This document shows, one piece after another, positions 27,014-36,584 of a stretch of DNA of 64,000 nt. Origin of the DNA: Acutalibacteraceae bacterium (lineage in GTDB: Bacteria > Bacillota > Clostridia > Oscillospirales > Acutalibacteraceae). The stretch's first letter is position 1, and the number at the start of each line of letters is the position of its first letter. The notes beneath the pieces are model-generated. The model ran no database searches. It was not told where the DNA came from and saw only the letters and a list, made by a program, of their open reading frames with translations. Location: positions 12,281-76,280 of the forward strand of contig JAZUFU010000130.1 of the NCBI GenBank assembly GCA_045640865.1, read 5' to 3'. Position numbers and translations under genes: made by a program.

Positions 27014-27042
27014 CCGCTGCCCTTTCGGACAGCGGCTTTTTT
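27014..27042. terminator. Bidirectional intrinsic terminator
   Basis: CCGCTGCC-ctttcg-GACAGCGG followed by cttttttat on plus; preceded by ataaaaataa (T-run on the minus strand, serving the 27073-27930 gene). Confidence 0.75.
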
Positions 27043-27072
27043 ATCGCTTATGTAAGATAAATCTCTATCTTA

Positions 27073-27930
27073 TCAGCCGGCTGCTTTCTCAGCTTTCTTA
27101 GCTTCTTTTTCAGCCTGCTTTGCTGCTTTTTCAGAGTCCTTGATTGACTTCCACTCATTGTACCAGTCAGCAGGATTGAATACCTCTGTGTAAAGAAGGT
27201 TATCAATGATGTTGTCGATGTCGATGAGAAGTCTGATCTGAGCCTTGATCCATTCCCAAACTCTCTCAAAGAAGTTGGGCTCATAGAACTTAGCTGTAAC
27301 AACAGCGTCTTCTGTGCGGAACTGGTTAAGATAAACTTCGGGCTCTTCGCTTCCTTCAGGATTTGTAACTACGCAGTCGCCCTGAATCTGAACCATAACG
27401 CCGAGAGGCTCTTTTTCATGATAATTTTCAACTTCCCACTGATCAGAAACGTTGATATAGAGCTTGAAGAGCTCAACTTCTTCCTGATTGAAGAGGTACT
27501 TTGCAGGAAGACTTACTACAAGGTTTTCTACGGATCCGCCTGAAATGAAGCATTCATCGGGATTCATGTTGAGTGTAACGCCTGCTTTTTTAGCTGCGTC
27601 TGTAAGAACGATTGCGTCCTCGTATGTGCCTTCTTCTTCCTCAGTGGGGGGAGTGATTGTAGCACCGTGCATGGGGCCGAGTGTTTCGTTGAAAGCAAAG
27701 AGACCGACGGGGAATGAAAGAACGCCGTTGGGATCTACACCTGCAAGGTCTTCCTCAGATGCAAGAGACTTGAGAACGAATGTGAATGAGGTTAAATCGC
27801 CGGGATTTGCCTGAATGTCTTCCTTAGCGCCGAAATAAACGTCGTTGTTTGCAATTTCATATGCAAATGCAGCGGATGTGCATGACAACGCCATTAAAAG
27901 TGCAAGAAAAACTGCCAATACTTTTTTCAT
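27073..27930 (-). CDS. Secreted protein of unknown function (possible cohesin-like beta-sandwich; K/E/A-rich tail)
   Basis: Signal peptide MKKVLAVFLALLMALSCTSAAFA; AAAGGAGAA RBS. The start is set at 27930 rather than the track's 27954. Near the C-terminus is an amphipathic FFERVWEWIKAQIRLLIDIDNIIDNLL segment, then a KDSEKAAKQAEKEAKKAEKAAG tail. Confidence 0.6.
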   Translation of the reverse strand: MKKVLAVFLALLMALSCTSAAFAYEIANNDVYFGAKEDIQANPGDLTSFTFVLKSLASEEDLAGVDPNGVLSFPVGLFAFNETLGPMHGATITPPTEEEEGTYEDAIVLTDAAKKAGVTLNMNPDECFISGGSVENLVVSLPAKYLFNQEEVELFKLYINVSDQWEVENYHEKEPLGVMVQIQGDCVVTNPEGSEEPEVYLNQFRTEDAVVTAKFYEPNFFERVWEWIKAQIRLLIDIDNIIDNLLYTEVFNPADWYNEWKSIKDSEKAAKQAEKEAKKAEKAAG

Positions 27931-28115
27931 GATGAATTTTCTCCTTTCGCACAATGTGCGTATAATTTGCAGAGTTTCACAACTCTACTTTAAATATTAT
28001 GATAGCACACACTTTTTGCTCTATTTTTCTAATTTGGAATTATAATTTATTTTTTGATAGAAAAACAAATGTTTATTTTGTGAAAAGTAAATAAACAGTA
28101 CTTCCGAAAATCGCT

Positions 28116-29486
28116 TTATCTCAATGCCTGCATAACGGTGTTGGCAACAATTGCCGCCGCCGAAAGGCCTGTGCCGCCGTTTTCCACCACAACGGCTATT
28201 GCGTAGGGCGTGCTGTCGCTCTGAGAGTAGCCGACAAACCACGAATGAGGCTGTCCCTCGCTGAGCTCTGCCGTGCCCGTTTTGCCGCACATCTGGAGCC
28301 CCGGAAATCTGCCGTCGCCGTAATAATCCGTAATATCCGAGCGGAGCATTTTGCCGAGCTTATTCGCTGTGTTTGTGGTAAGGGTGATGTTTTCGTTGTA
28401 AATCGGAACAGTCTCTTTCTTTGAGCCCTGCGGCGATTCAATGTAGTCAATCACATACGGCGTGAGGGTAAGGCCGCCGTTTGCTATGCAGCCCATGACC
28501 GACATCATGTGGTAGGGGTTGACAAGGGTTGTGTATTGACCAATGCCCGCCCAGCCGAGGTCGGTTTTTGTTGTGCCCGAAACATTGAGCCTTGACGCGG
28601 ACGGGGTTGAAATTCCGTCAACCTTCAGCTTTATGTTGAAGCCGAGCTCGCGCGCGGTGGCGGTGAGTTTTTTTGCGCCGAGTTCATTTGCAATTTCGGC
28701 AAACGCGCTGTTGCACGAGCGGTTGAGAGCCTGCTGGAAATTCACTTTATGGTGAACATCGTTGCAGATAACCGTGCCGTCGCCTGTTTCATATTCACCG
28801 TCGCAGTCGAAAGTCCTCGAATCAATATCGGGAATGTTCTCAATCGCGCTCGCGGCGGTAATAACTTTGAAAATTGAACCGGGTGTATAAAGCCCCGAAA
28901 CCGTCCTGTTGAGATAAACGCCCTCATAAATCGGGTTTTCGTCAATATCCGACGGCTTGTTCTGCGGGTCGTATGCGGGCGCGGAGGTCATGCAGACTAT
29001 CTTGCCCGTTTTGTAGTTGTAGGCGCAGACCGTGCCTTTTCTGCCGTTGAGGGCGTTGTAGGCAACTCTGCAAACCTGAGCGTCGAGCGTCAGATGAATA
29101 TCGTTTCCTTTGCCGTACTGAACGATGGAGGCTATGCCGTTAATCGGGCTGTAGCCGGCAAGCTCATTTCTGTAAGCATACTGAATACCTGTGGAGATGT
29201 AGCCGTTAAGGTCGCCGACGGCGTGAAGCGTCGCTTTCCTTATTATAGAGTCTCTGTTATATCGGCGTGTTCCGTTGTCGGTAACCGCAAGTGCAACTCC
29301 GTCGCGGTCATAAATATCGCCGAAGGTCGAAACAGTGCCTGTGGTTGAGTAAAGGTGCTGATTTGCCCTGCTTGTTGCCCATGATGAGCCGTGAGCGATA
29401 AAGCAGTAAATAAGAATAATAAGTCCAATGAAAAATCCGATAATAACCGCAAACAGCGCGTAAGCTCTTTTGGTGGCGTTATCCAT
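28116..29486 (-). CDS. Penicillin-binding protein 2-type D,D-transpeptidase
   Basis: 456 aa with an N-terminal TM helix. Motifs SIFK (SxxK), SCN (SxN) and KTGTA (KTG). Overlaps the upstream RodA/FtsW gene by 8 nt. Confidence 0.9.
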   Translation of the reverse strand: MDNATKRAYALFAVIIGFFIGLIILIYCFIAHGSSWATSRANQHLYSTTGTVSTFGDIYDRDGVALAVTDNGTRRYNRDSIIRKATLHAVGDLNGYISTGIQYAYRNELAGYSPINGIASIVQYGKGNDIHLTLDAQVCRVAYNALNGRKGTVCAYNYKTGKIVCMTSAPAYDPQNKPSDIDENPIYEGVYLNRTVSGLYTPGSIFKVITAASAIENIPDIDSRTFDCDGEYETGDGTVICNDVHHKVNFQQALNRSCNSAFAEIANELGAKKLTATARELGFNIKLKVDGISTPSASRLNVSGTTKTDLGWAGIGQYTTLVNPYHMMSVMGCIANGGLTLTPYVIDYIESPQGSKKETVPIYNENITLTTNTANKLGKMLRSDITDYYGDGRFPGLQMCGKTGTAELSEGQPHSWFVGYSQSDSTPYAIAVVVENGGTGLSAAAIVANTVMQALR

Positions 29487-30783
29487 TCACATCACGCCTC
29501 CTTTTAAAGCTGATAGGAATATCCTCGGGGTAAAGCGGTCTGTCGGGAAGAATTGTTTTGGACAGCTTCGGATATGTGTGAATATCTGCCGACTTGATAA
29601 ACGCGAGCATACCCCACGAGCAGAGCATGCTTGTGCCGCCGCGGCTGATAAACGGGAGCGTAACACCCGTGAACGGGAGCAAATCCGTAACGCCGAAAAC
29701 ATTCAGCGACATCTGGAAAAGCAGCATTCCCGACGCGGCGCAGGCGACTATGGCGTAAAATGCCGAGCGTGTGTTCCTCGCTGTTTTGATAGCATAAAAA
29801 ACGAAAAGCGCAAATGTAACAACAACCGTGCCCGCGATTATGAAGCCCCATTCCTCGCAGAGCATGCCGAAAACCAAGTCTGTAGATGCGGCGTAGGTGT
29901 ATTTTAACATACCCTTGCCTATGCCGAGCCCGAAAAATCCGCCGCTCGCGGAGTAAATGAGCGTTCTTGTCTGCTGCATTCCCTTGCCGTACATATCGTC
30001 CCATATATGGCGGTATGTTTCAAATCTTGCGGCAACGGTGGATTTGAACATTATAACCATCGCCGCGCCGAGGACAGCTATGGCGCAGACGAGAGCGATT
30101 GTTCTTATGTCGCCCGAGCGCATGAACGCGATTATAACGAATGTAAAGAAAAACACAAGAGCCGTGCCGAAGTCTCTCATAAGGAAAAGAAAACCGACGC
30201 AGACAATGGCAAAGGCGATGTATTTTGTGATGCTCTTTGTCATCTGGAGCTTGTCAAGCGTTGCGCCGCCGACGAAAACGAAAGCGATTTTGACTATCTC
30301 AGACGGCTGAATTGATATGCCCGCAATTTCTATCCAGTTAAGCGTTCCGTTTGTCGTTTTGGCAAGGACGATGTTTAAGGCGAGGATTCCCACAGCGCAG
30401 ACCGCAACGGGAGTTCTCAGCTTCATGACAATATCCGTTCTTCTTAATATCGCAAGCATGATGATATAGACTATCAGCCCGAGACCGATTGCTATTCCCT
30501 GCTTCATGGCGTAGTTTTCGCTTATGCTCGCGCAGATTGTCATGCCTATCCCCGAGAGGAAGAAGCCCATAAGCTCAAGCTCAAGGTGGCGTATCTGAAA
30601 CGCAATGCTCGCAAAGATGGCGTATATCCACTCAACGAGAATGAACGCGCCGATTGTTGCGGCGGCGATGAATTTAAACTCGCCGTCTTCAAACACAACA
30701 AGGCTTGCCGTAACGAGCTGAAAAACGGTTATCAGCAGCATCGGCGGAAACCAGTTGAACGGTTTTTGAGTTGTGTCAATCAT
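29479..30783 (-). CDS. FtsW/RodA/SpoVE-family peptidoglycan polymerase
   Basis: Polytopic membrane protein with the C-terminal motif LPFTGVTLPFISRGGTSM. Start set at ATG 30783 (AGGAGG 8 nt upstream); the track's GTG at 30792 abuts the RBS. Confidence 0.9.
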   Translation of the reverse strand: MIDTTQKPFNWFPPMLLITVFQLVTASLVVFEDGEFKFIAAATIGAFILVEWIYAIFASIAFQIRHLELELMGFFLSGIGMTICASISENYAMKQGIAIGLGLIVYIIMLAILRRTDIVMKLRTPVAVCAVGILALNIVLAKTTNGTLNWIEIAGISIQPSEIVKIAFVFVGGATLDKLQMTKSITKYIAFAIVCVGFLFLMRDFGTALVFFFTFVIIAFMRSGDIRTIALVCAIAVLGAAMVIMFKSTVAARFETYRHIWDDMYGKGMQQTRTLIYSASGGFFGLGIGKGMLKYTYAASTDLVFGMLCEEWGFIIAGTVVVTFALFVFYAIKTARNTRSAFYAIVACAASGMLLFQMSLNVFGVTDLLPFTGVTLPFISRGGTSMLCSWGMLAFIKSADIHTYPKLSKTILPDRPLYPEDIPISFKRRRDVNG

Positions 30784-30935
30784 TCGCTTCACCTCCTGTT
30801 AAATTATGACCTTATAAGATTATAGTCTATTCACTCAAAAAAATCAAGCGCAGGCGGCTTGACTTGTCTTTTTTAAAAGAATATAATTTTTCTGAAGTGA
30901 AATTTGTATTATTGCAACGATTGAGAGGTATTTTT

Positions 30936-32258
30936 ATGCAGAATATTTTTGATTTTTTCAGCTCCGCCGAGCTTGCACAGCATGATGAATATGACTGCCG
31001 TGAGAATTGCTCTATGCGTCTTTTTGACGGAATGAGCGCAGAACGGTTTGACGGATATATCGCTTTTCTTGAGAATACGGATTTCTGCGTTTTGCAGAAA
31101 AGAGAGCTTGACGGCAATCTTTTTGCCGCGCTTAAAAGTGAAAAAGAGCAGGTAAATGTGCTTTTCACTCCCTGCAACAGCGAAATGCGCGTAACCGTCA
31201 GCGAAAAAGACCAGACGCCGAATTTTACAAAACCCGAGTGCAAAGGCGAATGTGAAACGGTGTTTTACGGCTTTGAAAACGACCAGACCATGATTGACTG
31301 CGGAATGTGCCTGCTGATTCAATGTCCCGATTACAGCTTCTTTGTTGTTGACAGCGGTCATTATTTTCAGTTCAACGACAACGACAGGATTCATAAATTC
31401 ATGCGCGACAGAACTCCCGAGGGGCAGAAAATTGTCGTCAACGGCTGGCTTATCACTCACGCGCACACCGACCATATTTCAAAGCTGATTGATTTCCTTA
31501 AATATAACACGGATGATGTTGTGATTGAGGGCTTTTATCAGAACCTTCTCTCTGAAAATTACGACAAGTGCAGCGACAATCACGAGGAGCAGGAAATGGC
31601 GATAAAGCTGTTCAATATTCTCGAAAAATATCCCGCTCCCGTCTATAAACTCCACACGGGCATGAGATTTTACATCAGAAATCTCGCGTTCGATGTTCTC
31701 GGCACTCACGAGGACATTTACCCCGAAAAGATTACGGATTACAACGATTCTTCCTGCATTGTGATGGTTGAGGCGGAGGGCTCAAAGGTGTTTATCCCGG
31801 GCGACGCGGCTGTTGCGGCGAGTGTCCGACTTGAAGAAAGATTCAGCACCGCGCTTAAATGCGATGTTGTGCAGGTTGCTCACCACGGGCATACGGGACT
31901 GAGCAAAAATCTTTATGAGCTTCTCGGCGCGGACACAGCCGTTTTCCCCGTTACGAGAATTTTTTATGAGGACGACATGGGCAAAAGAGAAGCGAATCAG
32001 CGCATAGCCGAGCTTGCGACTCACTGCCTTGTTACAGGCGACGGCACGGTATGCGTTCCTCTGCCTTATAATAAGGAAACAGTTTACACACTGCCCGACG
32101 AAACCTTTGAGGACTTCGGCAAAATTGAAAGAGTGTGGAAATATACATATTCCGACGAGAGAATGACCGAGCTTTATGAGCTGTTCCTTTCAAACGGCGG
32201 CAATCCCGACAACCTCCTGCTCCCCACAAGTAAGTTCGGCTGGATAGAGCCGAAATAA
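30936..32258 (+). CDS. MBL-fold metallo-hydrolase with an N-terminal domain of unknown function
   Basis: HxHxDH motif (ITHAHTDHISK) and a later VAHHGH. Start set at ATG 30936 (GAGAGG RBS) rather than the track's 30864. Confidence 0.7.
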   Translation: MQNIFDFFSSAELAQHDEYDCRENCSMRLFDGMSAERFDGYIAFLENTDFCVLQKRELDGNLFAALKSEKEQVNVLFTPCNSEMRVTVSEKDQTPNFTKPECKGECETVFYGFENDQTMIDCGMCLLIQCPDYSFFVVDSGHYFQFNDNDRIHKFMRDRTPEGQKIVVNGWLITHAHTDHISKLIDFLKYNTDDVVIEGFYQNLLSENYDKCSDNHEEQEMAIKLFNILEKYPAPVYKLHTGMRFYIRNLAFDVLGTHEDIYPEKITDYNDSSCIVMVEAEGSKVFIPGDAAVAASVRLEERFSTALKCDVVQVAHHGHTGLSKNLYELLGADTAVFPVTRIFYEDDMGKREANQRIAELATHCLVTGDGTVCVPLPYNKETVYTLPDETFEDFGKIERVWKYTYSDERMTELYELFLSNGGNPDNLLLPTSKFGWIEPK

Positions 32259-32346
32259 ATCTTACCTCTTCACATCTTCACTATTACTTATAACATAAAA
32301 AGGCCGCCCCGAAAATCGGAGCGGTCAGTTATATATTTACTTTGAA

Positions 32347-32883
32347 TTATGCGAAGAGACCCTTGAAGAAGTTGATGATCATCTGGAAGAATGAAACGAT
32401 AGCCGCGATAAGTCTTGCGAACCATGACTGTGATGCGCCGTCGATTGAAACGCTGCTTGTAACATCTGTAAGGCCGCTGCCGCTGCTGATTGCGCAGTTC
32501 TCAACATCAAGAGTGATGCTGTAGTTGCCTGAGGGAACTGTGAAGGTAGCTGTTGCGATTGTGCCTGCCTTTGAGAAAGTCTCGGTGTTTGCATAGCTGA
32601 TTTTGCAGGTCTTGGGATTTGAAACGCCGCCTGTAACGCCTTCGGCAAACTTGATGGCTGTGCAGGTTACGCCGCTGGAAACAGCAAATCTGCAGTCAAG
32701 TGAGTTGAATCCGCCGCTCTTGAGCTTGAGCTCGTATGTAACTGTGTTGCCGTTTTTGGATGTTTCTTCAAGTGCGAATTTGGGAGCGTCAACCGCTGAT
32801 GCGCTGATGAACAGGAATGAGCAGGCTGACATAAGGGTGATGAGGCACATAACCAGTGCGATTATTTTTGAAAGTTTCTTCAT
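32347..32883 (-). CDS. Small secreted/tail-anchored protein of unknown function (possible cohesin-like domain)
   Basis: 178 aa with signal peptide MKKLSKIIALVMCLITLMSACSFLFISASA and AAGGAGAGAG RBS. A ~120-aa beta-rich domain is followed by the C-terminal aromatic amphipathic/hydrophobic helix SWFARLIAAIVSFFQMIINFFKGLFA. Confidence 0.55.
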   Translation of the reverse strand: MKKLSKIIALVMCLITLMSACSFLFISASAVDAPKFALEETSKNGNTVTYELKLKSGGFNSLDCRFAVSSGVTCTAIKFAEGVTGGVSNPKTCKISYANTETFSKAGTIATATFTVPSGNYSITLDVENCAISSGSGLTDVTSSVSIDGASQSWFARLIAAIVSFFQMIINFFKGLFA

Positions 32884-33104
32884 AAAACTCTCTCCTTTTT
32901 AAAAATTTTACATATGTATTATACAGGCTGAGTCGTAAAAAGTCAATAACAAATCGCTATTTGGTGAAATATAGTCAAAAATAAGGAATTTGTTTTTTAT
33001 CTTTTTTTGACAAAAGGGTTGAAAATATTGATATTATGGGTTAAAATATCCTTGAGCATATACGGCATTGACCGTATCGAATTAAAAATCGGAGGAATAA
33101 TACT

Positions 33105-33662
33105 ATGGTATCAGCAGGCGATTTCAGAAACGGTATGACTTTTGAAGAGGAAGGCAACGTGCTTCAGGTTGTTGAATTCCAGCATGTTAAGCCCGGCAAA
33201 GGTGCCGCTTTCGTCAGAACCAAAACTAAGAATGTTCTTACCGGTGCAGTAGTTGAAAAGAGCTATAACCCCACCGCTAAGTTCCCCACAGCTTATATTG
33301 AAAGAAAGGATATGGAATATTCCTACAGCGACGGCGATCTCTATTATTTCATGGATCCCGAAAGCTACGAGCTTGTTCCCATCAATGCAACAGACCTTCC
33401 CGAAACATTCAAGTTCGTTAAGGACGGCATGACCTGCAAGATTCTTTCTTACAAAGGCAAGATTTTCGGCGTTGAGCCCCCCACGTTCGTTGAGCTTCAG
33501 GTTACAAAGACTGACCCCGGCTTCAAGGGCGACACAGCTACAAACGCAACAAAGCCCGCAACTGTTGAAACAGGCGCGGAAATCAAGGTTCCCCTTTTCA
33601 TCGACGAGGGCGAAATGATTCAGATCGACACCAGAACAGGCGAATATCTCGGCAGAGCATAA
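33105..33662 (+). CDS. efp: Elongation factor P
   Basis: 185 aa: [34 protein letters not shown].. Confidence 0.95.
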   Translation: MVSAGDFRNGMTFEEEGNVLQVVEFQHVKPGKGAAFVRTKTKNVLTGAVVEKSYNPTAKFPTAYIERKDMEYSYSDGDLYYFMDPESYELVPINATDLPETFKFVKDGMTCKILSYKGKIFGVEPPTFVELQVTKTDPGFKGDTATNATKPATVETGAEIKVPLFIDEGEMIQIDTRTGEYLGRA

Positions 33663-33683
33663 TTGCGCGACGAAAGGATGGCA

Positions 33684-34127
33684 ATGAATATGATGACAGT
33701 TACCGAAAAAGCGGCATATCTCAAGGGACTTGCAGAGGGACTTTCTCTTGACGAGAGCAAACCCGAAACAAAGCTCATCAAGGCTATGATTGATGTTATT
33801 GATGAAATGGCTCTTTCAGTTGCCGACCTTGAGGACGATGTAGATATGATCGTTGACCAGCTTGACGCTGTTGACGAGGACCTTTCCGAGGTTGAGGATT
33901 TCGTATTCGGTGAGGACGATTTTGACGATGAGTATTCATCATGCGAAGGCTGCCCCGGCTGCGGCGGAGACGGAGACTATTTTGAGGTTGAGTGTCCTGC
34001 CTGCGGCGAGGTTATCTGCCTTGACGAGAGCATGCTTGACGAAGAATCCATCGAATGTCCTGCCTGCGGCGAAACTCTTGAGTTCGATTTCGACGAAATC
34101 GACGAGTTTGACGACGACGAGGAATAA
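33684..34127 (+). CDS. Acidic zinc-ribbon protein (CD1247 N-terminal-domain-like), efp-associated
   Basis: EKAAYLKGLAEGL N-terminus, two CPACG motifs plus CEGCPGCG, very acidic. The start is ambiguous (ATGs at 33678, 33684, 33690, 33693); 33684 has the best spacing from GAAAGGA. Confidence 0.6.
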   Translation: MNMMTVTEKAAYLKGLAEGLSLDESKPETKLIKAMIDVIDEMALSVADLEDDVDMIVDQLDAVDEDLSEVEDFVFGEDDFDDEYSSCEGCPGCGGDGDYFEVECPACGEVICLDESMLDEESIECPACGETLEFDFDEIDEFDDDEE

Positions 34128-34150
34128 TCCACGATTCTGACCATATCTGT

Positions 34151-34191
34151 TGCGGTGCCTGTCTTTACGGGCACCGCATTTTGTGTTTTTT
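34151..34191 (+). terminator. Intrinsic terminator
   Basis: TGCGGTGCC..GGCACCGCA stem followed by ttttgtgtttttt. Confidence 0.75.
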
Positions 34192-34436
34192 ATATTTCCT
34201 TTGTTAAAAATTACCAAAAGAAAAAGAAGGATTTTACAGCTTGATTTTTTATGTTTTCCCCATAAAATGCTCGATTTTCAGTGTTAAAATTCAAAGATTT
34301 GTTAATAAATTATAAATTTTTTTGCAAAATGACTTGAAAATGCGTCTTAAATTGTGTAATATGTATATCGTCGGGTTGTCATATTGTCTAAAAGCACAGT
34401 AAGACAGTAAGATTTCTATTTAAGGAGCGGTTGTTT

Positions 34437-35522
34437 ATGTCAAACAGACTTTTTCAGGGAGTAGTTCATCAGATGCGCGGAGCAATTGACAGAGCTATAG
34501 GCATAATTGACGAAACAGGTACGGTTATTTCCTGCAGCGACCTGGGCAGAATCGGCGAGGTTAACGCCGCCGCGGCAGCCAAGGCGTTTCAGGACGGTGA
34601 AAGTGTAATATTTGAGGGCTTCACCTATAAGACCTTCGGCAATCAGGTTCACCCCGAATATGCTGTTTTTGTTGACGGTGAGGACGAGCAGGCAAAGAAG
34701 TTTGCAGATCTGAGCGCCGTTACTCTCGGCAACCTCAAGCAGTATTTTGACGAAAAATATGACAGAAGTATATTCATTAAAAATGTAATTCTCGATAACA
34801 TCTTACCGGGGGATATTTATCTTAAGGCACGCGAGCTTCGCTTCAACAGCGAGACTTCCCGCGTTGTCCTGCTTATCCGTGTTCCCGACCAGACCGACGC
34901 CTCCACATTCGATGTTATCCAGAATCTTTTCCCCGACAAGACAAAGGATTTTGTAATCAACATAAGCGAAACAGATATAGCACTTGTTAAGGATATTAAA
35001 ACGGGTATTGCTCCCAAGGATATTGAGAAGCTTGCCCGCTCAATTGCGGATTCCCTTAACACAGAGCTTTATACTCACGCGGTTATCGGCATAGGCACAC
35101 CCGTTGTGGGCATAAGAGACCTTGCAAAGTCATTCAAGGAAGCTCAGGTTTCCCTTGAAGTCAGCAAGGTGTTTGACACTGAAAAAACAATTGTCAGCTA
35201 TGACAGTCTCGGCATAGCAAGGCTTATTTATCAGCTCCCGACAACACTTTGCGAGATGTTCCTTCACGAAGTGTTCAAGATGGGCTCTATTGACAGCCTT
35301 GACCATGAAACACTCTTTACCATTCAGCGTTTCTTTGAAAACAACCTTAATGTGAGCGAAACCTCAAGAAAGCTTTTCGTTCACAGAAACACCCTTGTCT
35401 ATCGTCTTGAAAAAATCAAGAAGATAACAGGCCTTGACCTCAGAGAATTTGACGATGCAATCGTTTTCAAGGTCGCGCTCATGGTTAAGAAATATCTTGA
35501 CGCCAACCCTGTTAAGTATTGA
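34437..35522 (+). CDS. PucR/CdaR-family transcriptional regulator
   Basis: C-terminal PucR-type HTH NVSETSRKLFVHRNTLVYRLEKIKKITGLD. AAGGAG RBS 9 nt upstream of ATG 34437. Confidence 0.8.
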   Translation: MSNRLFQGVVHQMRGAIDRAIGIIDETGTVISCSDLGRIGEVNAAAAAKAFQDGESVIFEGFTYKTFGNQVHPEYAVFVDGEDEQAKKFADLSAVTLGNLKQYFDEKYDRSIFIKNVILDNILPGDIYLKARELRFNSETSRVVLLIRVPDQTDASTFDVIQNLFPDKTKDFVINISETDIALVKDIKTGIAPKDIEKLARSIADSLNTELYTHAVIGIGTPVVGIRDLAKSFKEAQVSLEVSKVFDTEKTIVSYDSLGIARLIYQLPTTLCEMFLHEVFKMGSIDSLDHETLFTIQRFFENNLNVSETSRKLFVHRNTLVYRLEKIKKITGLDLREFDDAIVFKVALMVKKYLDANPVKY

Positions 35523-35570
35523 TGTTTCGCGTGCTTTCAGTCATTTAGGAAAGGACAGGTGAAAGACCGG

Positions 35571-36584
35571 ATGATTGAGTTCAAAAATGTATCAAAAGTT
35601 TATTCAAACGGAACAAAAGCTCTTAATAATGTAAACATTAAAATCGAAAAAGGCGAGTTCGTCTTTGTCGTCGGCGCTTCGGGCGCGGGCAAAAGTACAT
35701 TCTTAAAGCTCATGATGAGAGAGGAAGTTCCCACATCAGGCTCCATAAGAATCAAGGACTACGACCTCGTTAACATGAAAAAAAGACAGATACCCTATTT
35801 CAGAAGAAATATGGGCATCGTTTTCCAGGATTTCAGACTTATTCCGACAATGGACGTTTATAACAATGTTGCGTTCGCAATGCGTGTTGTAAGCGCGAGG
35901 AAAAAGGAAATCCGCAAGCGCGTGCCGTATGTAATCAGCATTGTCGGTCTTGCCTCAAAGGCGCGCTGCATGCCCAACGAGCTTTCGGGCGGCGAGCAGC
36001 AGCGTGTTGCACTTGCGAGAGCACTTGCAAATAACGCCGAAATCATCATCGCTGACGAGCCCACAGGCAACGTTGACCCTCAGATGTCAATGGAAATTGT
36101 GGAGCTTCTCACAAGACTTAACGAGGCGGGCACAACCGTTATCATGGTTACTCACGCTCACGACCTTGTTAAAAAATTCAATAAGCGCGTTATCGTGCTT
36201 GAGTCAGGTCAGGTAGCTTCCGACGGAGTTGTTGAAAACGGCGATATGCCCGAGGCTTCAACGGCGCATCTTCCCATGGCTCACGCAAAGACGAGAACGG
36301 GCTTCAGACGCAGACACGGCACAAACGGTACCCAGACAGCCGCATTCGAGGTTGAGGAGCCGATTGTTCCGACAGAACCCGTAATTAAAATTGAAGATGA
36401 GACTGAAACAGCAGAAGCGGTTGAGGCTGTTGAGAAAACAGTTGAGGAAGCGGTTGAAGCTGTACCCGCAAAGCCTAAAAGAGAAATTCCTGTTGACGAC
36501 GCTTATCTTGATTCCATTCTCGGCGACAATGAAAACTACAGGCTCTATCTTGAATCTGTAGAGAAGGGTGGTGCTGACGAATGA
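35571..36584 (+). CDS. ftsE: Cell-division ABC ATPase FtsE with a ~110-aa C-terminal extension
   Basis: MIEFKNVSKVY.., Walker A GASGAGKST, LSGGEQQR, Walker B IIIADEPT. The canonical FtsE domain ends near aa ~225, followed by an acidic E/A/V-rich tail. The start could also be GTG 35559. Confidence 0.9.
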   Translation: MIEFKNVSKVYSNGTKALNNVNIKIEKGEFVFVVGASGAGKSTFLKLMMREEVPTSGSIRIKDYDLVNMKKRQIPYFRRNMGIVFQDFRLIPTMDVYNNVAFAMRVVSARKKEIRKRVPYVISIVGLASKARCMPNELSGGEQQRVALARALANNAEIIIADEPTGNVDPQMSMEIVELLTRLNEAGTTVIMVTHAHDLVKKFNKRVIVLESGQVASDGVVENGDMPEASTAHLPMAHAKTRTGFRRRHGTNGTQTAAFEVEEPIVPTEPVIKIEDETETAEAVEAVEKTVEEAVEAVPAKPKREIPVDDAYLDSILGDNENYRLYLESVEKGGADE

